Source: an uncultured Candidatus Saccharibacteria bacterium (GTDB taxonomy: Bacteria > Patescibacteriota > Minisyncoccia > Phycocordibacterales > EsbW-18). From it: DNA of 64,000 nt. How positions within the stretch are numbered: the first letter of the stretch is position 1; the number at the start of each line of letters is the position of its first letter. The position numbers and the translations under genes were made by a program. Under the pieces are notes generated by a model, which saw nothing but the letters and a program-made list of their open reading frames with translations, ran no database searches and was not told the origin of the DNA. Below are positions 19,594 through 29,624 of this stretch, piece after piece. The DNA lies in contig CAZFMQ010000003.1 in the NCBI GenBank assembly GCA_964520295.1, positions 1,060 to 65,059 on the forward strand, written 5' to 3'.

Positions 19594-22080
19594 CTAGCGA
19601 ATAGAAAATTGAGAAGAAAGTATTTGTGTTCGTCCATCCTCTGTATATGCAGTAACAGTAAGAGTGTTTACTTCAGGAAGTGTGGTAAGGGTTTCAAGAG
19701 GAATAGAAATACGTCCAGTTCCTGTTTTATTTTTCAAGATGGTGTTATTGAGTTTTATTTCAGCATATTCAAAATCATCATCAAGGGCACGTATAGTGAA
19801 TGAAAGAGTGTCATCGTCATCATAACGACTTCTCAAACCACTTACTCTAATAATAGTAGATGTAGTTTTAATCTCATCTTCAACTTCACCATCAACTGTT
19901 TCTTTTAGAGGAATGGCGACTGTAATAGTGCCACCTGATGTGTGGCCGTTTGCAACAGCCCATACCTGCACAGGATATTCCCAATATTTATATTGAGGAT
20001 CACTATTTGGATTAGTGGGGGCAGACCCACGTACATCAGCACGAGATATCCAATGTAAAATATCATGTACGTTTTGTCGTACTGTTGTTGAAGTATTGTT
20101 TGTTCGCACAACTTCACCACCTTGCCAAATACCCGCAAGTACAGGTTTTGATACAGATTCTTGTGATGGATTAATGAAGTATTCAGTAGGGCGGTTAGGA
20201 AGTGTTGCATCCATAAAACGTCTCCACACAGGAGCAATTACAAAACCAGCAACCGACTTATCAATAGGAGTATTATCGTTGTTACCTGCCCACATACCAA
20301 CAGCTAGGTTTGGTGTGTAGCCCACAATCCATACGTCGCGATAATCATTGGTAGTACCTGTTTTTGCTGCTACGTCGCGATTAGCAAAATAGAGTGCGGA
20401 GTTTGCACCATATGATGGTGTTCGTGCAACGTTATCGGAGAGTACATCTGAAATTTGTCGTGCAACATTTTCATCAAGGACGCGTGTTTGAGTTGGTGTT
20501 GATTCCTCTAAAATAGTACCATCAGGTTTTTCAATACGTACAATAGGTGTTGCAGGATTACGTAAACCATCATTAGCGAACACACCATACGCAGAAGTAA
20601 TTTCCAAAAGTGTTACTTCACCACCACCAAGCACTAATGTGAGACCGTATCGCGCTGCATCAGCAAGTGTACTGATTCCCATATTACGTGCAGTGCGAAT
20701 AGAATCACTTATACCAGCAATATAAAGTGCTTTGACAGCAGGAATATTGATGGATTGTGCAAGAGCACTACGTAGAGTCATTGGACCACGAAACTGTCCA
20801 TCGTAGTTTTCAGGGTAGTAGCACGGTGATTGTGTTTTTTTGTCAGAGGGCTGACATGCAGTTGAAAATTGTGTAGGGAGATCAAAGACAACAGTCTCAG
20901 GCGTCAGTCCTTTCATGAACGCAGTTGCATACACAAATGGTTTGAATGAGGATCCCGGCTGTCGTTTTGCGGTGGCAATGTTTACCTGTCCATCAATTTC
21001 TTCATCAAAATAATCTCGAGAGCCCACCATTGCCAATATCTCGCCTGTTTTTGGGTCAACAGCAACTAACCCCATATTCTCGGCCTTGAATTTTTCTGCA
21101 TTTTCCATAGCACCCTCGTGCACAATATCTTCGGCCTTTTGTTGTATGTCGTAGTCAAGAGATGTAATAACTTTTAAACCAGCTGTCTCAAGAGTATCTG
21201 TACCATATTTTTGTTGTAAATACTCCCGCACGTAAAATACAAAATGGGGGGCTAAAATACCTTTTTCCGGTCTTTCGTTGAATGTAACAACTTCTGCTTG
21301 TGCTGTTTCCATTTCTTCTTTTGTAATGTAGTTGTTTTCATACATTTGTTCTAGCACAAGATTTTTACGTTCATCTAAACGATCGGTGTTATTTCCGTAC
21401 GGAGAATAAAACGTCGGTGCCTGCGGAATTGCAGCAATGTACGCTGCTTCTGCAAGGGTAACGTCAGATGCGTCTTTCCCGAAAAAAAGATGTGTTGCTT
21501 CCTGTACGCCATACATATTGCCACCGTATGGACTTTCGTTGAGGTAGAGTGCAAGAATTTCATCTTTTGAAAGAGTTTGTTCCAATTTTACCGCCAACAC
21601 CCACTCTTTTATTTTTCTTGAAATAAGCTTTTCTTTTGTGAGTAGTGCATTTTTTACAACCTGTTGTGTGATGGTAGAACCACCTTGTGAGTAACTAAAT
21701 GAAAGTAAGTTTGCAAAAACGGCGCGAATAAACGAGAGAGGGCGAATACCGTTGTGTTCATAAAAACGGGCATCTTCAATAGAGACCGTAGCGTCTTTGA
21801 TATATTGGGAAATATTTTCAAACGGAAGAACAGTACGGCGCACATCTTCATGGAGGTCATAGAGTAGTACTTCTCCTGTACGGTCATAGATTTTTGTTGA
21901 CTGTCGCACAACACGGTCTGCCATGATGTCAAAATCTGGCAAACGAAGTGACCCTGCCCATAAGAGGATACCTCCTGCAACAATGGCCATAACACCTGTG
22001 GCAAGCAGAGCGATGGTGTGATGTGGATGTGGATGTTTTCTTGATTTTTTCATAGTGATATATGCTTTTGAGTATAGCAA
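19594..22080 (-). CDS. class A penicillin-binding protein 1A (glycosyltransferase plus transpeptidase) with a C-terminal extension
   Basis: GT51 motifs EDARFYEHNGI and GGSTITQQVVKN. Transpeptidase motifs SSFKP (SxxK), SIN and KTGT. Confidence 0.9.
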   Translation of the reverse strand: MLYSKAYITMKKSRKHPHPHHTIALLATGVMAIVAGGILLWAGSLRLPDFDIMADRVVRQSTKIYDRTGEVLLYDLHEDVRRTVLPFENISQYIKDATVSIEDARFYEHNGIRPLSFIRAVFANLLSFSYSQGGSTITQQVVKNALLTKEKLISRKIKEWVLAVKLEQTLSKDEILALYLNESPYGGNMYGVQEATHLFFGKDASDVTLAEAAYIAAIPQAPTFYSPYGNNTDRLDERKNLVLEQMYENNYITKEEMETAQAEVVTFNERPEKGILAPHFVFYVREYLQQKYGTDTLETAGLKVITSLDYDIQQKAEDIVHEGAMENAEKFKAENMGLVAVDPKTGEILAMVGSRDYFDEEIDGQVNIATAKRQPGSSFKPFVYATAFMKGLTPETVVFDLPTQFSTACQPSDKKTQSPCYYPENYDGQFRGPMTLRSALAQSINIPAVKALYIAGISDSIRTARNMGISTLADAARYGLTLVLGGGEVTLLEITSAYGVFANDGLRNPATPIVRIEKPDGTILEESTPTQTRVLDENVARQISDVLSDNVARTPSYGANSALYFANRDVAAKTGTTNDYRDVWIVGYTPNLAVGMWAGNNDNTPIDKSVAGFVIAPVWRRFMDATLPNRPTEYFINPSQESVSKPVLAGIWQGGEVVRTNNTSTTVRQNVHDILHWISRADVRGSAPTNPNSDPQYKYWEYPVQVWAVANGHTSGGTITVAIPLKETVDGEVEDEIKTTSTIIRVSGLRSRYDDDDTLSFTIRALDDDFEYAEIKLNNTILKNKTGTGRISIPLETLTTLPEVNTLTVTAYTEDGRTQILSSQFSIR

Positions 22081-22124
22081 AATAGCACACCTAAAAACGG
22101 TGTCTATATGCTACACTGGCACGT

Positions 22125-23336
22125 ATGGTGAGTACAGAAAAAAAGAAATGGACGCAATCAGAGGCAGAGGAGTTGATATTGCGTGGCACACAGGAACTTA
22201 TTTCAAAGGAACACCTGCTTTCTCAAGTACACTCGGGCAAGAAATTACGTGTAAAGCTCGGTATCGATCCCACAGGTACACATTTGCATATTGGACACGC
22301 GGTGTTGTTGCTGAAACTGCGTGATTTTCAAGCGTTGGGACACACCGCGGTGTTGGTGATTGGTGATGCAACAGGACAGGTAGGTGACACATCAGATAAG
22401 GATTCAGAGCGACCACTACTTTCTAAAGAAGAAATCGCACGCAATGAAAAAACGTACCTCAAACAAATCGGTACACTTATCAATCTCAAAAAGGCAGAGG
22501 TACACCACAACTCAAAGTGGCTCAAAAAACTTTCATTTGAAGAATTGAGCACGCAGGCAGACCAGTTTTCTGTTGCCGACTTCATCGCGCGCGATAACAT
22601 TAAGCGCCGCCTCACTGCCGGATCGCGCGTTTCATTGCGAGAAGTGCTCTATCCACTGATGCAGGGATATGATTCCGTTGCGGTAAAGGCCGACATTGAA
22701 CTAGGAGGCACTGACCAGCGCTTCAACTTGCTTGCGGGACGTACGCTACAAGAACACTACAAACAAGCGCCACAGGATATTCTCATGATGCCGCTGTTGC
22801 TCGGTACTGATGGTAAAAAAATGAGCAAGACGTTGGGTAATACTATCAACGTGACGGACACACCAGAGGATATGTATGCAGGTGTCATGCGTATTGCAGA
22901 TGAACTTATTGCGCATTACTTTGAATTGTGTACGCGCGTGCCAAAATCCGAAGTGTCTACAGCACTAGCACTACCGCCACGTGAAGCAAAAATGCGTTTG
23001 GCACGCGAGATTGTAACGCTATACCACTCAGAAAAAGAAGCTGTCATAGCGGAAGAAGAGTTTGTGCGGGTAGTGTCTCACAAAGAACTGCCGACAGAGG
23101 TACAGGAAGCAAACGCAAATGAAGGCACAACACTAGAAGACATCCTTATTCGTGAAGGTATGGCGCCGTCTAAATCAGAAATACGACGCTTGGTTGAGGG
23201 TGGGGGACTAAAAAACGCGGAGACAGGAGAAAAGATACATGATGCCAAGATGGTCGTATCCAAACCAATCATCCTAAAAGTAGGAAAAAAGAAATTCCTA
23301 AAAATAATTCTACGTTTTAAGAAGAAAGGTGAATAA
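22125..23336 (+). CDS. tyrS: tyrosyl-tRNA synthetase
   Basis: HIGH motif (THLHIGHAV), KMSKT motif (KMSKTLGN) and a C-terminal S4-like domain. Confidence 0.9.
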   Translation: MVSTEKKKWTQSEAEELILRGTQELISKEHLLSQVHSGKKLRVKLGIDPTGTHLHIGHAVLLLKLRDFQALGHTAVLVIGDATGQVGDTSDKDSERPLLSKEEIARNEKTYLKQIGTLINLKKAEVHHNSKWLKKLSFEELSTQADQFSVADFIARDNIKRRLTAGSRVSLREVLYPLMQGYDSVAVKADIELGGTDQRFNLLAGRTLQEHYKQAPQDILMMPLLLGTDGKKMSKTLGNTINVTDTPEDMYAGVMRIADELIAHYFELCTRVPKSEVSTALALPPREAKMRLAREIVTLYHSEKEAVIAEEEFVRVVSHKELPTEVQEANANEGTTLEDILIREGMAPSKSEIRRLVEGGGLKNAETGEKIHDAKMVVSKPIILKVGKKKFLKIILRFKKKGE

Positions 23337-23340
23337 TAAA

Positions 23341-23366
23341 AAACGCCCCAATGTGGGGCGTTTTTG
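23341..23366. terminator. rho-independent terminator, probably bidirectional
   Basis: acgcccca-a-tggggcgt hairpin followed by ttttgtgtt, with an A-run before it. Lies between the convergent tyrS and the 23369(-) ORF. Confidence 0.7.
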
Positions 23367-23368
23367 TG

Positions 23369-23584
23369 TTAGCTGTAATCCTCGTCATCATCATCACCAT
23401 CTTCTTGTATGTCGTATTCTCCGTCTTCGCCTAGCTCGCTATCGTCGCCACCCTCCTCATCTCCTTCATCATCTAATGCGGGGTGTGCGCCAGGAAGCAA
23501 GTCCTCATCTTCTTCTAATACAAATGGTTCAAATATGTCGGCAACCATAGGTGTATAGTTATTGATTAAAAAATATGTTTGCAC
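23369..23584 (-). CDS. small highly acidic (D/E-rich) hypothetical protein
   Basis: 71 aa, ...DEDLLPGAHPALDDEGDEEGGDDSELGEDGEYDIQEDGDDDDEDYS. Last ORF of the ruvB-yebC-ruvC strand. It is a low-complexity ORF and could be spurious. Confidence 0.3.
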   Translation of the reverse strand: MQTYFLINNYTPMVADIFEPFVLEEDEDLLPGAHPALDDEGDEEGGDDSELGEDGEYDIQEDGDDDDEDYS

Positions 23585-23676
23585 AAACGTCTAAAGGTGT
23601 GCAGAACGCACTCTGTTGTAACAAATACACCGAAACCGTCAAGGGTGTGCAAGGTACTTCTGTGGACAAACCACTA

Positions 23677-24147
23677 TTATGGCCAACTGACAAGACAGGT
23701 GAGGGCCACGGCAATCGCATCATATTCATCGTCCAACATTTTTTTCTTAGGAATGGTCAGTAGGCGGTTGAGCATAGAGGCGACATCGTCTTTGCTCCCA
23801 CGACCATTGCCGGCGACGGCAACTTTTACCTCTTGTGGCGCAAACTGGCGTACCGGAAGTCCTGTATCACCTGCAACCACCAAGAGGGCACCGCGTGTTT
23901 CGGCAACATGCATCGCGGTTTTCTGGTTTTTACTGAAAAAAAGTGTTTCCAGTGCTATACACTCAGGCGCATGTGTGTGCACCAATTGTCGCACGTACTG
24001 CACCACTTCATGCAAACGCACCTCAAAAGTATCGTGCTGATCTGTTTCAAAACAACCAGAAAAGAGTAGTGTCTGCTGTTGGCGATTACCTTCCAGTATT
24101 GCTACACCAAGTCGTCCATATCCAGGATCTAAACCAAGTACACGCAT
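23677..24147 (-). CDS. ruvC: crossover junction endodeoxyribonuclease RuvC
   Basis: Starts MRVLGLDPGYGRLGVAIL. 156 aa. Confidence 0.9.
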   Translation of the reverse strand: MRVLGLDPGYGRLGVAILEGNRQQQTLLFSGCFETDQHDTFEVRLHEVVQYVRQLVHTHAPECIALETLFFSKNQKTAMHVAETRGALLVVAGDTGLPVRQFAPQEVKVAVAGNGRGSKDDVASMLNRLLTIPKKKMLDDEYDAIAVALTCLVSWP

Positions 24148-24149
24148 AC

Positions 24150-24674
24150 CTATACTGCGTTAGTGTATACACTCTGTATATCTTCGTGTTCTTCAAGTAG
24201 CGAGAGCAGGTCTGATAGTTTCTCTCCGTCGTCGCTGCTCAATGGTACCGTTGTGGTCGCCACCCACTCTCCATCGGGTGATTTTGTAAAAGCCCATGTT
24301 GCAGAACCCGGAGCAGCGAGTGCGTAGCCATTTTTTGAGAGTAAGTGTTTGATTTCTTGCGACGTTCTGTTTCGCGAGTCCGTCAATCCTTCAATAATCA
24401 ATGCACAACCACCTGGTCCGTATGCTTCGTATGTTACTTTTTCATCTGCAGTTGTTTCTGCAGAGGAGATGGCGCGCTCAATGTTTTCTTTCGGCATGTT
24501 AGCGGCACGCGCTTTTTCAATGGCGGCTTTTAGTGTCGGTGCATTGAGATCACCGTGCATTATTTTTGCCTCCGTCTTGATAAGTTTGACGAGCTTGGTG
24601 AACAGCGCACTCCGTTTTGCATCCGCGGCACCTTTTTTCTCCTTTATTTGTGACCATTTATTGTGTCCCGACAT
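24150..24674 (-). CDS. yebC: YebC/PmpR-family probable transcriptional regulator, short form
   Basis: MSGHNKWSQIKEKKGAADAKRSALF, the N-terminal YebC signature. Lies between ruvC and ruvB as in many bacteria. Confidence 0.8.
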   Translation of the reverse strand: MSGHNKWSQIKEKKGAADAKRSALFTKLVKLIKTEAKIMHGDLNAPTLKAAIEKARAANMPKENIERAISSAETTADEKVTYEAYGPGGCALIIEGLTDSRNRTSQEIKHLLSKNGYALAAPGSATWAFTKSPDGEWVATTTVPLSSDDGEKLSDLLSLLEEHEDIQSVYTNAV

Positions 24675-24731
24675 GTCTTTGTAGTATACCAAAGCCCAAA
24701 AACCACCGTGGGGTGGTGGTTTTTGATAGTA

Positions 24732-25736
24732 CTAAAATAATTCATTCGTCTCCTGTCCGTTGATGTGCGCTCGTCCGCGCTGTGTGATGGTGCGACCGCG
24801 AGGCGTGCGTTCAATGAATCCTAATTGCATGAGATAGGGTTCGTACACTTCTTCAATGGTGGCGCTTTCTTCTGAAAGCGCTGCAGCAAGCGTGGAGAGA
24901 CCAACAGGACCTCCACCAAATGTATCGGCGATAGTGGCAAGTAGCTTTGTGTCGGTTGGTGTGAGTCCGCGTTCATCAATGCCGAGCAACGTCAGTGCTT
25001 TGAGTGCAACAGGGAGCGTAACATCGTGTTCGTGCACCTGCGCGTAATCACGCACGCGTTTCAAAAGATAGTTTGCGGTGCGGGGTGTTGCACGGCTTCG
25101 TTTTGCAATTTCATACAGCGCATCATCATCAGCAGACACACCGAGTAATGCCGCTGAACGTTTGAGTATGCCGAAAATTTCATCTTCAGAATAAAACTCC
25201 AAACGGAATGTACCACCAGAAAAACGAGAGCGCAGTGGTGATGAGAGCATTGCCATGCGTGTGGTAGCGGCGACAAGAGTGAAAGGAGGCAGTTCTAATT
25301 GCACGGTGCGTGCAGACGGTCCTTTACCGATGATGATGTCTAAACGCCCCGACTCCATAGCAGGGTAGAGCACCTCTTCAATGGCATGATTGAGACGATG
25401 AATCTCATCAATAAATAAAATGTCGCCGTGACTAAGGTTGGTAAGTATTGAAGCAAGATCACCAACACGTTCAATGGCAGGTCCCGATGTAATTTTGATA
25501 GCGCCACCAAGTTCTCGTGCAATGAGATGCGCAAGTGTTGTTTTTCCAAGACCTGCAGGGCCGTAAAAAAGAATGTGTTCAGGTGCGTGACCGCGCTGTT
25601 GTGCGGCTGCAAGGAGAATTCGGAGATTTTCTTTCGTTTGTGGTTGTCCCACATACTCATCCCAGAGGGCAGGGCGCAAAGAAGCATCCAAAAATGCATC
25701 AGAGGACTCGTGTTGGGGGGTACTTGACATATTCAA
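24732..25736 (-). CDS. ruvB: Holliday junction branch migration ATPase RuvB
   Basis: Walker [15 protein letters not shown], Walker [11 protein letters not shown]. 334 aa. Confidence 0.95.
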   Translation of the reverse strand: MNMSSTPQHESSDAFLDASLRPALWDEYVGQPQTKENLRILLAAAQQRGHAPEHILFYGPAGLGKTTLAHLIARELGGAIKITSGPAIERVGDLASILTNLSHGDILFIDEIHRLNHAIEEVLYPAMESGRLDIIIGKGPSARTVQLELPPFTLVAATTRMAMLSSPLRSRFSGGTFRLEFYSEDEIFGILKRSAALLGVSADDDALYEIAKRSRATPRTANYLLKRVRDYAQVHEHDVTLPVALKALTLLGIDERGLTPTDTKLLATIADTFGGGPVGLSTLAAALSEESATIEEVYEPYLMQLGFIERTPRGRTITQRGRAHINGQETNELF

Positions 25737-26021
25737 ATGGTCGTGCTAGGATATGTACGCTCTTTGAGAATATCGCACACACACAGGCAGAGGCGCAAAA
25801 GCACCCCCGCCTGATTTATTTTTGGAAAAATAGAAACACACGGAGGCGAGAGGCCTCTAAGTAAGCGTCGTGGTCCTCACGCATAAGGTAGGTGAGGACC
25901 TATTGGTTGTCCCGATTATGTCGAGGCAACGAACAGTATCCTTAACAAACCTCATGGACTTACTTAGAGACCTCTCTTCTTTTGCAACTATTCCCAATTT
26001 TACGGTTTTTTCAGAACTTTG

Positions 26022-26056
26022 AAACCCCCGCTTCACACTGGAGCGGGGGTTTTGTG
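26022..26056 (+). terminator. plus-strand rho-independent terminator with no upstream plus-strand gene
   Basis: aacccccgc-ttcacactgga-gcgggggtt hairpin followed by ttgtgtt. The complementary strand has no U-tract. Confidence 0.5.
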
Positions 26057-26074
26057 TTCTGGCAAATGTGTGTT

Positions 26075-27043
26075 CTAGAGTATACGAGTACGCAAACCAG
26101 CGTTGATAATACCATCAAGCATTTTTGGAAAACTAATACCGGCAGCGTGTGCCGCTTGTGGTAATAAGCTCGTTTCCGTCATTCCGGGAATAGTATTTGT
26201 TTCAAGAATGTAAAATGTTGATCCTTTTAGAATAAAATCAGAGCGCGACATACCACTGCAACCGAGTGCGCTATGTGCGATTTGTGCCAAGTTCTGAATT
26301 TTTTTCGTTAATACTTTTGAAAGTTTTGCGGGAGTAATTTCAACAGTACGGCCAGGTATATATTTCGCCGTATAATCAAAAAAATGAGACGATTGTGGAA
26401 TAATTTCGGTTGGCGGAAGAGCAAAAGGAGCGCCTTTAGCATCTTCCAATACGCCACAAGTGATCTCACGTCCTGTGATACGTGTTTGCACAAGCACACG
26501 ATCACTTTCTTTAAAGGCGTGAGTAAGCGAGGCACGTAACTCCGCAGTATTTTTTGCAACAGAAATACCAATACTTGAACCACCACATACTGGTTTTACG
26601 ACGACGGGGAATGTGCTGACGGTAGGGAATTGATTTTTGGTTACCACTGTATATGTTGGGACGGGAATACCATGATGTTCATATACATAATTAGACAGCA
26701 CCTTGTCCATTGCTGTTGCAGAAGCCACAACGCCCGATCCTGTGTAGGGAATGTTAAGTAGTGTAAGGAGTGCTTGAATGCGGCCATCTTCTCCGAATGC
26801 TCCATGCATCGCAATGAACACGATATCAGGTCGCATCTTCAGTAATCGCTGCATTGCAGCAACCAACGAAATTGGTCGTGTACGCGCACTAAAACGCCAC
26901 GTGCCATTTTTTTCTACACACACCAAAGATGCGCTATATTTTTTCTTATCTAAATACTCAAAGATTTTTCCACCTGTTTTTAAAGAGACCGCATGCTCTG
27001 ATGAGGGACCACCTACGAGAACAATTACCTTTTTCTTTTTCAT
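26075..27043 (-). CDS. ddl: D-alanine--D-alanine ligase
   Basis: MKKKKVIVLVGGPSSEHAVSLKTG... and ATP-grasp motifs. 322 aa. Confidence 0.9.
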   Translation of the reverse strand: MKKKKVIVLVGGPSSEHAVSLKTGGKIFEYLDKKKYSASLVCVEKNGTWRFSARTRPISLVAAMQRLLKMRPDIVFIAMHGAFGEDGRIQALLTLLNIPYTGSGVVASATAMDKVLSNYVYEHHGIPVPTYTVVTKNQFPTVSTFPVVVKPVCGGSSIGISVAKNTAELRASLTHAFKESDRVLVQTRITGREITCGVLEDAKGAPFALPPTEIIPQSSHFFDYTAKYIPGRTVEITPAKLSKVLTKKIQNLAQIAHSALGCSGMSRSDFILKGSTFYILETNTIPGMTETSLLPQAAHAAGISFPKMLDGIINAGLRTRIL

Positions 27044-27055
27044 GTCCTAATTATT

Positions 27056-27802
27056 TTATGAGATTATGCGCGACTCTCTTTTTGACTCTAGGTTTTTCTC
27101 CATATTGGTAATAAATAAACGAATATCATCTAATCTTTGAAGTGTAGAGCCAACTAAATTTTGAGTAATTGTTTTCAACTCTTCTTTTGGGATAGATGAC
27201 TCAATTGGAAAATAGGGGAGTAGTAGCCAATGAATATTATAATCTTTACCGCGTGATTCATCTGCGTATCCAGTACCACGTAAATGGTAGGGTACACCAG
27301 ATTCCTTAACTGGCGGGAAGACTTCAAAGTTTTCTTCGGCCCCAGCATTCTTGATTAAGAAATTTATATCAAAATCAGATAAAAATTGTCCAGATTTTCT
27401 CGGTCCGACTATGGACGAACCAGTAAGGGCAATAAGTTGTATTTTCTCCTTTACTTCAGATGGAATACTGAGAAGAAGTTCAGGTAAATCTTTTTTAACC
27501 ATTTTTATAATTTCTGAAAATCGTTCTTTGCGTTCACCGCCCCTTAAAAAACTTTCTTGAAACATTTCCCAATCATCATCCTGTTGCTCTTTTGTGAAGG
27601 CAGGATACCGAGTAAATTTACCCACCCGCTGTTTATTTTCAAAATCATTTTTTCTGGCGTGTAAAAAATGTCGCCTTGCTTTATAAAAATCATATTCTAA
27701 TCGTCTAATTTCAGGCGGGACTGTTTCCAGCCATGTGCGTAAACGCTTAGCATCTAATTCATCAGGGTACGATTCAGTGTTTTTTGGTAGTTCAAAATGC
27801 AT
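27056..27802 (-). CDS. hypothetical protein with a possible Pol-beta-type nucleotidyltransferase-fold motif
   Basis: LIALTGSSIVGPRKSGQFLSDFDINFL fits G[SG]-x(9-13)-D-x-D. No other homology recognised. Confidence 0.35.
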   Translation of the reverse strand: MHFELPKNTESYPDELDAKRLRTWLETVPPEIRRLEYDFYKARRHFLHARKNDFENKQRVGKFTRYPAFTKEQQDDDWEMFQESFLRGGERKERFSEIIKMVKKDLPELLLSIPSEVKEKIQLIALTGSSIVGPRKSGQFLSDFDINFLIKNAGAEENFEVFPPVKESGVPYHLRGTGYADESRGKDYNIHWLLLPYFPIESSIPKEELKTITQNLVGSTLQRLDDIRLFITNMEKNLESKRESRIIS

Positions 27803-27810
27803 GATTTAAA

Positions 27811-29505
27811 TTAGAGTTCGCTGAGATCAACCACGCGAGAGACCTCTTCAATGGTCGTTTTGCCTTGCAACACTTTTATCACCGCATCTTGTGAGAGAGT
27901 AAGAATACCCTGTGGAAGCGCCGCTTTCTTGATGTCGCGTTCTGACGGTGCTGTTTCTACAACGTGCTCCATTGCAGAGTCCATAATAATGCCTTCGTGA
28001 ATACCAATACGTCCTTTGTAGCCAATATGATTACATGCATCACAACCACCTTCTTTTGCATGCCACACTTTTTCTTTTTGCACATTCGCAATGCTGTTTT
28101 TATCAAACACAGTTTCCAGCACACGTTCAATAATGGTGCGCTCTTCTCCTTCCAGCACCACCTCCTGCTTGCACTCTTGGCAGAGTGTACGTACGAGGCG
28201 TTGTGCGAGCGCCAGTGCGAGCGCAGAGCCGAGAATGCGCGGATTAATGCCGATATCAATGAGGCGCGTAAATGCTCCTGATGCAGAGTTGGTGTGCAGG
28301 GTGGAGAATACCAAGTGTCCTGTGAGTGCGGCGTGCACGGCAATCTCGGCGGTTTCTTTGTCACGAATTTCACCCACCATAATGATGTCAGGGTCTTGAC
28401 GGAGCGATGCGCGCAATCCTGATGCAAACGTATAATTTTTTTCAGAATCCACCTGTGTTTGCACAATACCCTTGAGGTGATATTCAACAGGGTCTTCAAT
28501 GGTGATGATTTTCACATCAGGTGTGTGCACTGATCTCAAGAATGCGTACAGTGTCGTTGTTTTACCCGAACCAGTTGGACCAGTGGTGAGAATCATACCC
28601 GTTGGTTTGCCAATGGCACGTTGCACGACAGTAAAGAGGCCCTCATTCATACCAAGCGATGTGATATCTACCTGGATGGATGCGGGGTTGAGAATACGCA
28701 TTACGATTGATTCACCATAGTTGCCCGGTAGGATAGAGGTACGGATTTCAATATCTGCCTCTTTAAAGTGGATAGAGAAGCGTCCATCCTGTGCTTCATT
28801 GGCAACGTTGAGTTTGAGACCTGAGAGCAGTTTGATGCGCGAGAGCACCAAACGGTACGTATCTGCTTTCAGATGCGCCACATCCTGAAGCACACCGTCT
28901 AAACGCATGCGTACGCGCACATCGGTTTCTTCTGGTTCAATGTGGATGTCGGATGATTTTGTTGCCAGACCACATCCCAACATAACTTCCACAATACGTG
29001 ATGTTTGTCGTGCACGATTCAAAGAAAGTGTATCTTCAATTGCTTTTTGCACATCTTCCAGCGTGCGGACATTTTCTACGAGGGCGGATATGTCCTCGCT
29101 TCCTGCGTCAAGCAAACCTTTTGTGCTACCACTTGTGTATGACAGGTCAGTGTAACGCTCCCACGCAAACTCCAAACTTTTGGTGGATGCAAGGTGCAGT
29201 ATAGGGTCAAATCCAGCCTCACTCATTTTTTTCAATGCTGCGCGTGTCTCATCTCTCTCAGGAGCGTGCACGGCGACAAGTACCTTTTTGTTTTGTCTAC
29301 CGAATGCGGCAAGCTTACCTGCGCGCGCGTCCTCCTCTTTTATGGTGATGAGTGCGTCAGGTGCAATTGCGGTGATAGTGAGATCAACGTAGGGAATGCC
29401 ATACTTGTTGGAAAGCATTTGCATGGACTCCTCCTCTTCTTGTTCACGGAGTTGTTTATATTTTAGGAGCTGTTTTTCCTCGCGCTCTGCATCAAAGTGA
29501 ATCAT
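27811..29505 (-). CDS. pilB: type IV pilus assembly ATPase PilB / GspE family
   Basis: Walker A GPTGSGKTTTLYA, Asp box, His box and a C-terminal Cys cluster. N-terminal GspE_N-like domain. 564 aa. Confidence 0.9.
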   Translation of the reverse strand: MIHFDAEREEKQLLKYKQLREQEEEESMQMLSNKYGIPYVDLTITAIAPDALITIKEEDARAGKLAAFGRQNKKVLVAVHAPERDETRAALKKMSEAGFDPILHLASTKSLEFAWERYTDLSYTSGSTKGLLDAGSEDISALVENVRTLEDVQKAIEDTLSLNRARQTSRIVEVMLGCGLATKSSDIHIEPEETDVRVRMRLDGVLQDVAHLKADTYRLVLSRIKLLSGLKLNVANEAQDGRFSIHFKEADIEIRTSILPGNYGESIVMRILNPASIQVDITSLGMNEGLFTVVQRAIGKPTGMILTTGPTGSGKTTTLYAFLRSVHTPDVKIITIEDPVEYHLKGIVQTQVDSEKNYTFASGLRASLRQDPDIIMVGEIRDKETAEIAVHAALTGHLVFSTLHTNSASGAFTRLIDIGINPRILGSALALALAQRLVRTLCQECKQEVVLEGEERTIIERVLETVFDKNSIANVQKEKVWHAKEGGCDACNHIGYKGRIGIHEGIIMDSAMEHVVETAPSERDIKKAALPQGILTLSQDAVIKVLQGKTTIEEVSRVVDLSEL

Positions 29506-29624
29506 ATCTGTAGTGTAGCGTGTCGGAAATGGGAAATACAGCGACGTATGTGGGCAAAAAGGGTGTAGGGGCGCCGTGGCGACGTGTCGCCGCGGCGCCT
29601 TCAGTACGGTGGTACAATGATGCT

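Noticed and set aside
25737-26074. Assignment of the ORF-free spacer to SRP RNA, tmRNA, RNase P RNA or 6S RNA
   Set aside because: None of the hallmark motifs (GGAAGCAGCC, GGAAAGUCCGG/ACAGAA..GGCUUA, tRNA-like 3' end with tag ORF) could be found by eye. Left as an unassigned candidate.
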